Assembly: GCF_004010195.1 (NCBI RefSeq)
Contig: NC_057718.1
Coordinates: 16,338,128 to 16,384,765 of the forward strand
DNA from: Chiloscyllium plagiosum
Lineage: Eukaryota
DNA: 46,638 nt
Direction: 5' to 3'
Below are positions 23,261 to 36,811 of the stretch, piece by piece; position 1 is the stretch's first letter, and each line of letters opens with the position of its first letter. A program made the translations under genes and the position numbers. The notes below the pieces were generated by a model that searched no databases, was not told the DNA's origin, and was given only the letters and a program-made list of their open reading frames with translations.

Positions 23261-24997
23261 ATAATAATTTGTTGCATAGCCACAGTTTTCTAGCGAGTTC
23301 CAAACCTCATCCTGCAAAGTTACACTTTCAGTTTTGTTTTGTATATATTTTTATTGTGAAAAAAGATTATAATATTTTTTAAAAACAATGTAACAACCTT
23401 ATAATAAAACAACAATTATAGTAAACAAACTACTACTCTACTCCACGAACCACTGAGGAGAGAGAGAGAGAAAAAAAGCTACAAAAACTACAATTCAATA
23501 AATAACTAAAAAACCTAAATTAAATCAAGGTAAGTTAAATTACATTCAGTTAAGTTACCGCACTCAGCGCAATTCCACCAAAGCTCCCCACCGCTGGGAG
23601 CATCAGTAGGCATACCTGTATTTGTTCAGGATTCTTGCTCCCATGGCCTCCGGACCACCAGACATAAACCTCATAACTACACAAAGGCCCTGACCAATAT
23701 AGCCGACAAGTCTGCGTTTATATAATTCAGAAAGGGCCACCACGTTCTGTAAAACAGCTCCATTTTCTGGTGCATCATACTCTTAAGGAAATCCAGGGGG
23801 ATGTGCTCCATAACTAATCTACACCATCGCGAGAGTCCCGGGGATTCTCCGACACCCAGCTCATTAAAATGTTCTTTCTTGCATAGAATGAAAAATTATG
23901 AAACAGTTTCTTCCCATGCACGTCCAAAGAAAGGAGATTTGGCAAGCCCAAAAGGAGGGACACTGGACCCACCTTAACCTGAGTTCCCAAGACTCCTTCC
24001 AAAACACTCGCTATGACACCCCAATACCACGAAGCTTGTGGCATGACCACAAACAATGAGTATGAGTTACAACATCTGTTTTACATTTGGGGCGCATAGG
24101 GGGCACTCCTGTCTTAAATTTCGCAAGCCGCTGCAGTGCCAAATGAGCCCTGTGGAGTACCTCCAATTGCATAGCCTGCATCCATCTTCGTTACATTCTC
24201 CCAAATATCCTGCCATGCCTCTGAGGGAGATTTTCACCCCCAATTCTCCTCAATGTCCTTCAAAACATTACCTCCTAAAAAGTGATAGAGGCTGTTGATC
24301 GAGAGAGCGCCCGTAGACTGAAGCACTCTCCTCTCCATACCCGACTTATAGGGACTAACCATCAATGTAGTCTTTTTCTGTATAAAGTCCCTAACCTGAA
24401 AGTAATGAAAGAGGTCCCCAGATAGCTTATATTTCTGACTCAGCTGCTCAAAAGATGTCATGACCTCCCAGTCAAATAAATCTCCCAAATAGGAGACTCC
24501 ACTAGACTCCCAAAGCTTAAAGCCAGAGTCCATCGACCCTGGCTGGAATCCTAACATTCCTACTATGCGAGTGAAAGGGGAAGTTTTTTGTAAGTTGCCC
24601 TCACCTTGTCACATCATTCTCCATGCTTTAACTGTGTTAAGGACATTTGGATTTCTGTAATGGTCCATAACAGTCCTCACCTTGTCCCTAAACAACAAAT
24701 TGATGAGGGGGCATTTTGCCTGGGAGGCCTCGATGTCCAAACAGATTGACCACGGTCCTGGCAAACCTAGTCAGCCACATAGGATAGTAATGAACTCAAT
24801 TGATATTTCTTAAAATCTGGGAAATCCAAGCCTCCCATCCCCTGCAGAAGCTGCAATTTGGCAAACTTAATAAGAGGCCGCCTATGATGCCAGATGAAAG
24901 ATCCAAGACAACTGTCAAGCCTCCGTAGTGCTTGCCTAGGCAGCATTAAAGGGAGTATTCTCATGGGATATAATAAACGAGGAAGAACATTCATTTT

Positions 24998-25204
24998 AAG
25001 ATTAGATTAGATTACATTACAGCGTGGAAACAGGCCCTTCGGCCCAACAAGTCCACACCGACCCGCCGAAGCGCAACCCACCCATGCCCCTACATTTACC
25101 CCTTACCTAACACTACGGGCAATTTAGCATGGCCAATTCACCTGACCTGCACATCTTTGGACTGTGGGAGGAAACCGAAGCACCCGGAGGAAACCCACGC
25201 AGAC
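24998..25204 (-). mobile_element. HE1/V-SINE-type SINE, 5'-truncated, CpG-rich (young)
   Basis: (attag)n tail, gtggaaacaggcccttcggcccaacaagtccacaccgacc and ggaggaaacccacgcagac; homologous to 18462-18680. Confidence 0.9.
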
Positions 25205-25577
25205 ATTAGAGCTAGAGCTATTCTAACCATGATATCGGAAGATCCTGCCATCGCCAAAGCTCCTGTCTTATCTTTTCTAGCAACTGCACAAAGTTAGCTT
25301 TATATAATTGATCAAAGGCCAGGGTGATAAAAATGCCTAAGTACAAGAAACCTCCATGTGATCACCTGAAAGGGAAATGGTTTCCAACCCCAAGATTGGA
25401 TATTCTAGTAAAGACCCCACAGGCCTTCATAAAGTTAATTTTATATCCCAAAAATGAACCAAATAGATTCATCACTTGTATTAAACGGGGCACAGATGTT
25501 ATCAGATCAGTTAAAAAGAGAAGAACGTCATCCACGTAAAGAGTGATCTTAAGCCTGCCTTATCCTATGTCCAGCAA

Positions 25578-26196
25578 TTATAGAAACATAGAAGAAAAAA
25601 TACAGCACAGAACAGGCCCTGTGGCCCACGAGTTCTGCCAAGGTTTAATCCTAATGTGAAATATAGTAACTTAACCTACGCACCCCTCAACTCACTGCTA
25701 TCCATGTGCATGTCCAGCAATCGCTTAAATGTCCCCAATGACTCTACTTCCACCACCACAACTGGCAACGCATTCCATGCATTCACAACTCTCTGCGGAA
25801 AGAACCTACCTCTGAAATCTTCTTTATACATTCCTTTATACATTCCTCCTAATATCTTCAACTATGACTCCTTGTACCAGTCAAACTGTCCTGGGGAAAA
25901 GCCTCTGGCTATTGACTCTATCTATTTCACTCATTATCTTGTATACCTTGACCAGGTCTCCTCTCTTCAACTCCTTCTCTCCAGAGAGAAAAGTCTGAGC
26001 TTATTCAACCTTTCTTCATAAGGCAAGCCCTCCAGTCCAGACAGCATCCTGGTAAACCTTCTTTGCACCGTCTCCAAATCCTCTGTATCTTTCCTATAGG
26101 GCGACCAGAACAGGACACAATATTCCCAGTGTGGTCTCACCAGGGACTTGTAGAGTTGTAACAAAACCTCACGGCTCTTAAACTTGATCCCCCTGT
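25578..26196 (-). mobile_element. CR1 LINE 3' fragment nested in the L1 RT
   Basis: LQLYKSLVRPHWEYCVLFWSPY..RLFSLERR and FFPQRVVNAWNALP. Confidence 0.92.
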
Positions 26197-26878
26197 TATG
26201 TTGGGGTCCCTTCGGATGGCCTCTGCCAACGGCTCAATCACCAATGTAAATAATAGCGGTGAGAGAGGACACCCTTGTTGGCTGCCTCTGCTGATACTAA
26301 AACTGTCTGACCTTATACCATTAGTGAGAACTGCTGCTTTCGGGTCACTGTATAACACTGCCACCGACCTGGCAAAAACTGAAGACCAAATCGTTCCAAA
26401 CGTAAAAGAGATACAGGCACTCCACCCGGTCAAATGCTTTCTCTGCAATCCAGGGAGACTACCAAGCCCAGAATTGACCCTTACTGATATACCTGGATCA
26501 TGTTTAGTACTCTTCTAATATTATTAGTAGAGCTACGACCCTTAATAAAACCTCTCTGGTCTTCCTTTACAATAACCCTCTCCAACCTCAACGCCAACAT
26601 TTGCCAGAATTTTAAAATCCACATTCAGCAACAATATGAGCCTGGACGACGTGCAATCCTCTGGAGCTTTCTTGAGAATAGGAGAAATATTTGCTTCTCT
26701 CAGTGAGGATGGGAGACAGTACTGACAGTATGAGTAGTTGTTCATATCCAACAATGGCCTGACCAGCGTGTCTATAAACTACTTGTAAAACTCACTTTGA
26801 AATCAGTGTGGGCCAGGCACTTTACCACTCTGGAGCTGCCTCACCACCTCATGTATTTCTTGGATTGTCGGAGGGGCA

Positions 26879-28766
26879 CCGCTCGTTTCTACCTCCTGCC
26901 CAAAATCCACAAACCTGACTGCCCCGGCCGACCCATTGTCTCAGCCTGCTCCTGCCCCACCGAACCCATCTCTGCATACCTTGACACGGTCCTGTCCCCC
27001 TTTGTCCAAGAACTCCCCACCCACGCCCTCCACCTCCTCCATGATTTTCGCTTCCCCGGCCCCCAACGCCTTATCTTCACCATGGACATCCAGTCCCTAT
27101 ACACCTCCATCCCCCATCACGAAGGCCTCAAAGCCCTCCGCTTCTTCCTTTCCCGCCGACCCAACCAGTACCCTTGCACTGACACCCTCCTTCGACTGAC
27201 TGAACTAGTCCTCACTCTGAACAACTTCTCTTTCCAATCCTCCCACTTCCTCCAAACCAAAGGAGGCCCCATGGGCCCCAGCTATGCCTGCCTCTTCGTA
27301 GGATATGTGGAACAGTCCATCTTCCGCAGCTACACTGGCACCACCCCCCACCTTTTCCTCTGCTACATCGATGACTGTATCGGCGCAACCTCATGCTCCC
27401 ACGAGGAGGTTGAACAGTTCATCCACTTTACTAACACCTTCCACCCCGACCTCAAATTTACCTGGACCATCTCAGACTCCTCCCTCCCCTTCCTAGACCT
27501 CTCCATTTCTATCTCCGGTGACTGATTCAACACGGACATTTACTATAAACCGACCGACTCCCACAGCTACCTAGATTACACCTCCTCCCACCTTGCCCCC
27601 TGTAAAAACGGCATCCCATATTCCCAATTCCTTCGTCTCCGCCGCATCTGCTCCCAGGAGGACCAATTCCAATACCGAACAACCCAGATGACCTCCTTCT
27701 TCAAAGACCGCAATTTCCCCTCAGACGTGGTTGACGATGCTCTCCACCGCATCTCCTCCACTTCCTGCTCCTCTGCCCTTGAACCCCGCCCCTCTAATCG
27801 CCACCAGGACAGAACCCCACTGGTCCTCACCTACCACCACCAACCTCCAGATACATCGTATCATCCTTCGTCATTTCCGCCACCTCCAAACAGACCCCAC
27901 CACCAAGCATATATTTCCCTCCCCTCCTCTATCAGCGTTCCAGAAAGACCACTCCCTCCGCGACTCCCTCGTCAGGTCCACACCCCCTACCAACCCAACC
28001 TCCACTCCCGGCACCTTCCCCTGCAACCGCAAGGAATGCAAAACTTGTGCCCACACCTCCTCCCTCACTTCCCTCCAGGGCCCCAAAGGATCCTTCCATA
28101 TCCGTCACAAATTCACCTGCACCTCCACACACTTCATTTACTGCATCCGCTGCACCCAATGTGGCCTCCTCAACATTGGGGAGATAGGCCCCTACTTGCG
28201 GAACATTTCAGAGAATACCTCTGGGACACCCGCACCAACCAACCCAACTGCCCCGTGGCTGAACACTTTAACTCCCCCGCCCACTCCACCAAGGACATGC
28301 AGGTCCTTGGCCTTCTCCATCGCCAGACCATGGCAACATGACGCCTGGAGGAAGAGCGCCTCATCTTCCTCCTAGGAACCCTCCAACCACAAGGGATGAA
28401 TGCAGATTTCTCCAGCTTCCTCATTTCCCATCCCCCCACCTTATCTCAGTCCCAACCCTCGGACTCAGCACCGCCTTCTTGACCTGCAATCTTCTTCCCG
28501 ACCTCTCTGCCCCCACCCCCTCTCCGGCCTATCACCCTCACCTTAACCTCCTTCCACCTATCGCATTCCCAACGCTCCTCCCCCAAGTCCATCCTCCCTA
28601 CCTTTTATCTTAGCCTGCTGGGCACACCTTCCTCATTCCTGAAGAAGGGCTTATGCCTGAAACGTCGATTCTCCTGCTTCTTGGATGCTGCCTGACCTGC
28701 TGTGCTTTTCCAGCAACACATTTTTCAGCTCTGATCTCCAGCATCTGCAGTCCTCACTTTCTCCTA
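26879..28766 (+). mobile_element. Penelope-like element (probably Neptune clade), 5'-truncated, RT + GIY-YIG endonuclease, frameshifted
   Basis: RFYLLPKIHKP..PGRPIVS, TMDIQSLYTSIP, MGPSYACLF, YIDD and FLDL; a Cys motif (CNRKECKTC); FIYCIRC..CGL.NIGE (GIY-YIG-like). 8-bp TSD gaggggca at 26871-26878 and 28767-28774. Confidence 0.93.
28639..28666 (+). ncRNA. Minimal hammerhead ribozyme core in the Penelope-like 3' end
   Basis: CTGAAGA-a-GGGC-ttat-GCCT-GAAA-CGTC. Confidence 0.7.
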
Positions 28767-31432
28767 GAGGGGCATTCAGAAAAGTCCAGGGTTTTAAAAA
28801 AGGACCTCAACTTCGCCAATCTGTCCTCACAGCCGTCCGACCAGTATAGCCCCAAGTTAAACTTCCAAAATGCTGCATTAATCTTTTTGACATCGCAAGT
28901 AGGTAAACCAACATTCTCTCTAATGGATGTGCTAGATTGGAGAGCATTCTTCTTTCTGGCCAGGTATACTAGATATCTACCCAGTTTACCACCATACTCA
29001 AATAATCTCTTTTTCGCAAAAGAGATTTCCCTCTTTCCTTTCTGGGTGAGCGTAACATTCAAAGTAGCCATGAGGGCTGTAATTCGCTGCAGTTTGGTTA
29101 CAGTCTGCCAAAGTATGCTGTCTCAGCTGCCTTCAGGCAAGCCTTGAGCAAACGCTGCTGCTGTTCCCTCTACGCTTCCGGGTTGCTGAGTAAGAAGTAA
29201 TCAAACTCGTGCATAGGCCTTGGCAGTCTCCCAGACTACCGACGGATTACTGGCCATGCCCAAATTAATGTCCCAAAACATTTTAAATTCCTGCAAAAAA
29301 ATACTCTATAAACTTGCTGTCCTTCAAGAGGAAACAATCCATGTGCCAGTGCCACGGTTCTGTCCTGTTACCACCGGCCTCGACTACATGTACACTGCCG
29401 CATGATCAGAAATGGCTATGTTTTTGATTCTGCAAGACAACACTGAATTCAAAAAGGTCATTGGGCAAAAAAATGTTTAGCACTTATGTGGCTTATGTTC
29501 AGGTCTACCAACTGCCTGGATTGCGGGAATATACCCAAGGCCCCTACGCATCCTGTCCACTTCGGGGTCAATTAGTCGATTAAAGTCTCCCCCTGTACTT
29601 GTATGACACGCCCCAAGGGCCATCAACCTGGAAAGCACATCCGTTAAAAATTTGAGGGGATGTGCCAGGGTGGCAGTAAACATTCAAAATCCCATACTCC
29701 TCTCCACGTGTTAAAGCTTTAAGAATCATAAACAGCCCATATTCATCCTTAATTTGGTCTAACTGTCGAAATGAGATATTCTTCTGGATGAGTATAGCAA
29801 CTCCTCTACTTTTCGAATTAAAGGATGAGGAAAACACCCATCCAAACCCTCCCTGCTGTAACTTCAAGTGCTCCTTATCGGTTAAATGTATTTCTTGCAG
29901 CAAGGCTACATTGACCCTCTCTTTTCCAAGGCTTAAAAGTATCGTTTTTCTCCTAATTAGTGAATGATTCCCCTTAACATTTCAGGTACACCAATTAAAC
30001 GAATAGTTATCCATAGCCATCCAAGAGAGTCTGTGGCCCCTCGGGAGGAAGAACACCACTCATAGTGCGCCGAGTGAAAACAGCATATAACTTTAAAAAT
30101 ACAACTACCAAAACTACCAAAAATACAACTAATCAAAACTTCTAACAACTCCTTATACAACAGTTCAACATATAACACAAGTGAAAGGAGATGTCCCTCT
30201 TGCCCCCAGGGGACGCTCATACTACCCACTAACCCCTCCATGGCTCCTTCTAGCTGAAGCCATGCCCCAGCCCCAGACAACACAAAGTAAGAAAAAGTTA
30301 AAACTGGGCACTCAACCCGAATCATCCGTACTTTAATCCTAGGCACTCCTGGTAGAAAAGAAATATATGACCCTCCCTCGCGCCCCCATCCCATACCAAG
30401 GGAGAAAAAACAAAAAGGGAATGATGAGAAAAAAGAACAAAGGGTAGCAGGAGGGGAGAGAGATGGGAGAAGAGAGAGATAAAGCAAAAAAAATTAGGAC
30501 CCTCACATATATTATAAAAAACCCCGATAACCGGGTGAATCAGGCAAATTACAGAGAAAAACAAAGTAAACATTATTTTCCATATTATTTGAGCCAGCCA
30601 GTCTATTTTAAAGTATCCAGGAAGTCCTTTGCCTTTTCCGAAGAGTCAAAATTAAACACAGACCCTTCGTGGCTGAAACATAATATCTTGCTGGATATCT
30701 TACGGAATACTGGATATTCAAGTCCCTCAGCTGCCTTTTTACCTCATAAAAGGCCTTCCTAGTTTCTAAAAAAAATAAAAAAGAATCAAAGGCCTTCCTC
30801 TTGCAAATCATGACCACAGAAAAGTCTTGAAAAAGCATAATTTGCGATCCTTTATATATCAGAACCTGTGGATACTTCCCCAGTGCTCTCGAGGCTTGGA
30901 GCTATTGCTCCAGGAAGCTGATGAGCTGGCCTTCTTCCTCCCTTTCCGGAAGCCCCACCAGACAGATGTTCTTCTGGCGGCCTAAATTTTCGTGGTCGTT
31001 GACCTGCTCTTCCAACGCTTGTGTCTGCTGTTCTACCCTACCGCGGTTTCAGAGGGTGCGGACCGTTGCTCCACTTCCACGATGCACTGAGACTCTGGAT
31101 CTCCTAATCATGCTTCTGCAGCATGACCGAGATCGGTTCCAGCCTGGTCCGGGTCTCTTCCATCGCTGAATTGATCTTCTCTCGAGACCAGGCTCTGCTC
31201 CACAGGTAAGTCCCTTGGGGTGTTTGCGGAGGCCAATGATATGGCCACGGACGTGTCCGTTGCTGCAGGGGAGTGCCCTGGTCGCTGTGATCTTTACGGT
31301 CCTGTCCCTTTAGTCATTTTTCTAATTATTTTAAACTAACACAGAAACAATTCTGGGGGTCAAAAACTACCAACTACTAAAAGTAAAAATACTTGCTGGA
31401 TATGCTGGAAATAAAATAACTTTAAGGGATCT

Positions 31433-31442
31433 AAGATGGCGG
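31433..31442 (+). promoter_or_regulatory. YY1-type motif (AAGATGGCGG) at the L1 5' end
   Basis: Matches the YY1 consensus about 8 nt from the element start, where mammalian L1 also carries a YY1 site. Function is inferred. Confidence 0.55.
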
Positions 31443-31607
31443 CGATCTGAGAAGATCACACTGCAGAGCTTCATATCGCAGCAGGAGCAGGATGGTCCTT
31501 TAACCTGCCTAACCCAGGTCATCAGGATTTCTTGGGGCATTGGAAAGATTGTGGAGCCCCAAGAAACATTTAAAAATTGACGTACCTGTATTTTCAGCTG
31601 TCCAGAA

Positions 31608-32426
31608 ATGCCTAAAAAGGGAGGAGGAGCATCCGAGGCCGGGCCTGCAGCTCAGCCTGCAGCAGCCTCAGAGCCGATTACTCTCGAGGACCTGGTGAAC
31701 CAGCTCTCGAAATCTCGCGAGATGCTGGGGAAACAGATTGAAGAGAAGCTGGCTCCAGTCTCTCTCATGTTGCAGAAGCATGAGCAGCAACTGGGAGACC
31801 TGGAGAAGAGGATGGATGAGGTGGAGCACAGGGTCACAATGGTGGAAGCTGATGCCAGTTCATTCAAGGATAAGATCCAAGCCCTGAAGACGCAGGTTCG
31901 TAATTTGCATGACCAAGTGGATGATCTTTAAAACAGGGCCAGGAGAAAAAACATTTGGATCATCGGTCTGCCTGAGAGTGAGGAAGGTGAGCGGCCTGCG
32001 GAATTTGTTAAAGATTGGCTTCCAAAATTCCTTGACTTGGAGACTGGCGTGAGAGGATTGAAGATAGAGAGAGCTCACCGGGTAACAGCACGGAGGTCGG
32101 GTCTGGGTCAATGCCCTCGTCCTGTCCTTGTGCGGTTCCATCATTACCGGGATAAGGAGAGGGTCATGGAGGCTTCCAGACTCCAGGGGAAGGATCCAAA
32201 GGCCCTAATTTACGAGGGGTCTAAGATCATGTTTTTTCAGGACTTTTCAGCGGCGGTGATCCAGAAGCGAAAATCGTATGATGGTGTCAAGAGAAGATTG
32301 AAGGAGCTTGGGATTCAGTACTCCCTGAGATATCCGGCAGTGCTTCGGATCACCTTAGATGAATTCAGGACCTATCTTTTTGACACATCGGCGAAGGCAA
32401 GAGACTTTGTGGACAAACTAACCTAA
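31608..32426 (+). pseudogene. L1 ORF1p (coiled coil-RRM-CTD) with one in-frame stop
   Basis: ORFs 31608-31931 and 32037-32426 share a frame: DDL*NRARRKNIWIIGLPE (TAA where E is expected)...IERAHR..PRPVLVRF..FQDFS..YPAVL. Confidence 0.92.
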
Positions 32427-33028
32427 TTTAAACAATTGTAGTATGTATAAATATTGTTGCTTGGGTATGCGTTTATCATTCTGTAAAAGAAATAGAGGAA
32501 ATCTGGTTGGAGCTTTGTTTTTTCCCCTTTTTTTTCCTCTATTGATAATAATTTGGTTCAAACTATGTCTGGCGGTGGTTAAGATGTACATTTTAAATTT
32601 CTAAGTTAGGACATACCAAAGGATGGGTGGGGTATTTATTCCTCTTCTTTTTAATAAAAGAATTTTTTTTATTCATATTGATATTCTTTGGGGTGTTTAT
32701 TCTTTTTAGCTTGTGCTTGCGATGCGGCTCTAGCTGGGATAAGTGAAGGTGGGTGAGATGGTTAGATGCCTATTTATGGGCAGTTCGGGATGGGTAGTTG
32801 TCCCCTCCGGGCAGGGGTGAGTTCCCCTACTCAGCGCTATTGGCGCTTTATATGTTGGTTTGTTTTCTGGTTTTTGTTGTTTTTTATTTTTAATTATTTT
32901 GTATGTTTGTTAAATGTAGTGGTTTAGTTTTTGTAGTTTTTATATTTGGTGACCATGCGACACTAAGGCTCAGCAATTTGTGGTTCGGGTTCCTCCTCTC
33001 TGGAATTTAAATGTAATTGCAGAAGATT

Positions 33029-36000
33029 ATGGCTAATGATTTGATGAAATGGTGTACCTGGAATATCAAGGGAAGTCCCTCACCAATTAAGAGGAAGAAG
33101 GTACTCTTGAGTCTTAGAAAGGAGAAGGTGGATATTGCTTTGTTACAGGAGACACATTTGGATGATAAGGAGCATCTGAAATTACAGCAGAATGGCTTTG
33201 ACCGAGTTTATTTTTCATCATTTAATACCAGAAGTAGGGGAGTGGCTATATTGGTTTGGAAAAATCTCTCATTTAAATTGTTAGAATGTGTTAAAGACAC
33301 ATACGGGAGGTTTGTAATAGCCTTGATAAATGGGGAAGAATGTGGTATTTTAAATGTTTATTGTCCCTCAGCTCATCTTCTTAAATTCTTGGTAGATGCT
33401 TTTTCTAAACTGATAAGTCTCAAGTCTCGGCACATCATTATAGGGGGAGATTTTAACTGCCTCATGGACCTCACAGTAGACAGGTTGTCTAAAGGTCCCT
33501 CAATACCCTATGCACAAACTAAACAATTATTGGGTTTGTGTGGGGAATTAGGATTGGTGGGCGTCTGGAGGTGTCTCCACCCTTCAGGTAGGGATTTCAT
33601 GTTTTTCTCCAATCTGCGTAGATGTCACATGAGGATTGATTTTTTTCTGACCCCTGCGGTAACCCTGGATCTGGTGGCATCCTGTATGATTGGTAATATT
33701 GCCATCTCTGATCATGCTCCACTGTACCTCATGGTGAAAATTAAGGATGTTATAGTGGATTCAAGATACTGGTGAATGGACCCTTTTATTCTCATGGACA
33801 GCAAGTTTGTGGAGTATTTCTCTAGGGAATTTCGGGCATTCATAGACATCAACTTAGGCTCGGTTGATAGCTCATCTGTTCTCTGTCAAAGCTTATGCCA
33901 GGGGGTTAGTTATTTCATATTCCACCAGTAGGAAGCAGCAGAAGGGTGAGCAGCAACGTCTCCTTCAAGCACGGTTGAAGGCAGCCGAGAAGGCCTATTT
34001 TGATAGACCCTCGTTGGTCAAACTACAGAGGATTACGGCACTGCAGTCTGCACTAAAATCCGTGTTCACGCAGACGGCAAAGAAGGAGCTGGCTTTTGCA
34101 AAGCAAAGGTTATACGAGCATGGTGACAAGCCAGGCAAATACTTTGCCAGAAAGAGAAGTGCCCCACAAACCATTACAGCGATTAGGGAAGGGTCTGGGA
34201 ACCTAACATGTGATTCTAAAAAGATTAATGTGGCATTCCAGAGATTCTACTCTAAGTTATATCAGTCTGAGAATTGTGAGGAGGGGCAGGCCAAAATGGA
34301 ATCCTTTTTTAGAGATCTAAAGCTCCCGGGTGTGACTCCCGAACAACAGTCCTTTTTCAATACCCCATTATCGGAGCAAGAAGTGCAGGAAGCTGTGAGG
34401 CAGCTTCAGAGTGGAAAGGCGCCTGGTCCTAACGGACTTCCCAGTGAATTCTATAAGGAATTTATAAGTATACTGTCAGGCTCGGTGCTGAATATGTTTA
34501 ATGATTCATACAGTCATGTTTGTCTCCCACCATCTCTGAGAGATGCCAATATTTCACTTACCTTTAAAAAAGGGAGATCTGTAAGATTGTGCTTCATACA
34601 GGCCCATCTCATCCTTAAATGTGGACTTTAAGATCCTCTCTAAGGCTCTTGCGTTAAGGCTGGAGACTGTGTTACCCTCTATTATTAAAGAGGATCAGAC
34701 GGGCTTCATAAAGGGTCGCAGATCCTCCAATAACGTTAGGAGGCTGCTTAACGTAATTCAAGCATACCAACAGCAGTCAATACAGGGATTGGTGATTTCT
34801 TTAGATGCAGAGAAGGCATTTGACCGAGTTGAGTGGCCGTACCCTTTCTATACTCTAGACCAGTTTGGTCTGGGTGAAGTTTTCATAAGATGGGTAAAGG
34901 TTCTCTGCAGTGTACCTCTCGCAGCAGTCATTACAAACAGGGTGCGATCAAGCAATTTTAATATTTCTAGGGGCAGCCGGCAGGGCTGTCCCCTTTCACC
35001 ATTACTTTTTATGTTGGTGATTGAACCGTTGGCAGAGACCATTCGTGGGGATCTCAATACATCAGCTCCAGAAGTGGGGTCCAAATTACATAAGAACTCG
35101 CTGTATGCAGACGATGATCTAATTTTCTTGACAAATCCAGCAGTTTCAATGCCTTGCCTGATACAGTGCATTCACGCGTTTGGCGCTTTTTCAGGGTATA
35201 AGATTAATTTTGCTAAATCAGAGGCTATGCCTCTGGGTGGTCTTACGAAAGAGTTGGCTCTTGAGAGTGACTATAGATTCCCATTTAGGTGGTCACAGGG
35301 GGGTTTTGTGTATTTGTGCATATTCATTACTCCAGTTCTGGATTGGCTGTTCAAAGCCAATTTTACTCAATTATTTGAAAAAATTATACAAGATCTCCAA
35401 AGATGGGAGGCACTTCCAGTCTCATGGTTGGGTCGGATAGCGCTTATTAAGATGAATATTCTCCCTTGTTTGCTATACCCTATACGGATGCTCCCCCTGA
35501 TTTTCAATAAACAAACACTCAGGAGACTGAACGGTTGGTTCAGCTCCTTCATCTGGCACCGTAAACGGCCCCTCATTAAATTAGCCAAACTGCAGTTGCC
35601 TCACAGATTGGGGGGAGTAGACCTTCCGGACATTAAAAATTACCAATTAAGCTCGCTGTTGACCTATGTGAGTGATTGGGTTTGTGGGGACCCTCCTTCA
35701 GTATGGCTAGATATTGAAGTCTCCCAGGCAAGGTGCCCCTTACCAATTTGCTGTTTTTGGACAAGGTGAGGACAGTTAGGGAATATTGCCATAACCCAGT
35801 AGTCATCAATACTGTTAAAGCATGGAGAGCAATTCGACAGAGGGAAGGTAATATTGGCAAAACATCTTTGTTTACACCTTTAGTAGGTATGCCGGGTTTT
35901 CAACCGGGTATGATAGATTCAGGATTTAAACGTTGGGCAGCTCGGGGTATATCTTGCATGGGTGATTTATTTGAGGGAGATGTAATGATGTCCTTCAATC

Positions 36001-36811
36001 AGTTAGTATGGAAGTACGAGTTACCTCATTGAGACCTCTTTCATTTTTTTCAGATTAGGGATTTTATTCAAAAAAAGACCACACTTTTGACTGATCCCTA
36101 CAAATCTGACATAGAAAGAGGGGTACTAAGGGCTAAGAATACACTCTCTGTCAGTACTTTATATCACCAATTGGGGGATGCCACCTCAGATGAGTCTGAT
36201 CGACTCTGCAAGATGTGGGAAAGAGATCTGGGTATTGAAGTTTCTTCAGAGGCATGGGAGGATATTTGGGAGAATGCAAGGAAGATATCAGTTTGCAATA
36301 GGACTCATGCTTTACAGTTGAAGATTCTCCACAGGGTCCACTTAGCCCCAGACCGTTTGTCAAAATTTAAACCAGGGGTATCTTCAGCATGCCCCAAGTG
36401 CAAGGTCTGTACGGGTACTCTTACTCATTGTCTTTGGTCTTGTGACAGGCTTCAAACATATTGGAGCGCTGTGGTGAGTGCAATGGAGAGGATTTTAGGT
36501 ATGGGGTGGAGAAGGATCCTATTTCTCTCCTTTTCGACCTACCCATTGTATTTCCTGCAGACGTGCATATGAAAAAACGTTTCAATATTCTTACGTTGTG
36601 TGCAAGGAAGAACATCTTGCGAGGTTGGATACCCGAAAACCCTCCCCCAGGCCTGTTGGGTTGGCGGAAGATTGTTATGGAGCATATTCCCCTGGATTTT
36701 CTCACAAATATGGTAGACCACAAAACTGAGAATTTTTACAAGACATGGCAACCCTTTTTGAAATACCTGGACACAGATTTATCTGCCACACGAACAAGGG
36801 CTTTTATATAG
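33029..36811 (+). pseudogene. L1 ORF2p (APE endonuclease, RT, Cys-rich C-terminus) with several stops and frameshifts
   Basis: TWNIKG, LQETH, GGDFN, RIDFFL, SDH; KAPGPNG, QTGFIKGR, DAEKAFD, RQGCPLSP, YADD; CPKC..THCLWSC. Confidence 0.95.

Larger units (their letters stand above)
23345..31425 (-). mobile_element. Older L1 retrotransposon (ORF1 ~31317-30600, ORF2 30020-~23690), degenerate, with nested SINE, CR1 and Penelope-like insertions
   Basis: LQEIHLTDKEHLKLQQGGFG..FSSSFNSKSRGVAIL (APE), RGSQQGCPLSPLLFTLVIEPLA, ITLYVDDV, MNVLPRLLYPMR and FQDFS (ORF1). AATAAA on the minus strand near 23355. Colinear with the L1 at 31426-37140. Confidence 0.9.

Noticed and set aside
27688..28341. Pro/His-rich 217-aa ORF as a separate gene
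   Set aside because: An alternative frame of the C-rich Penelope-like ORF created by frameshifts.
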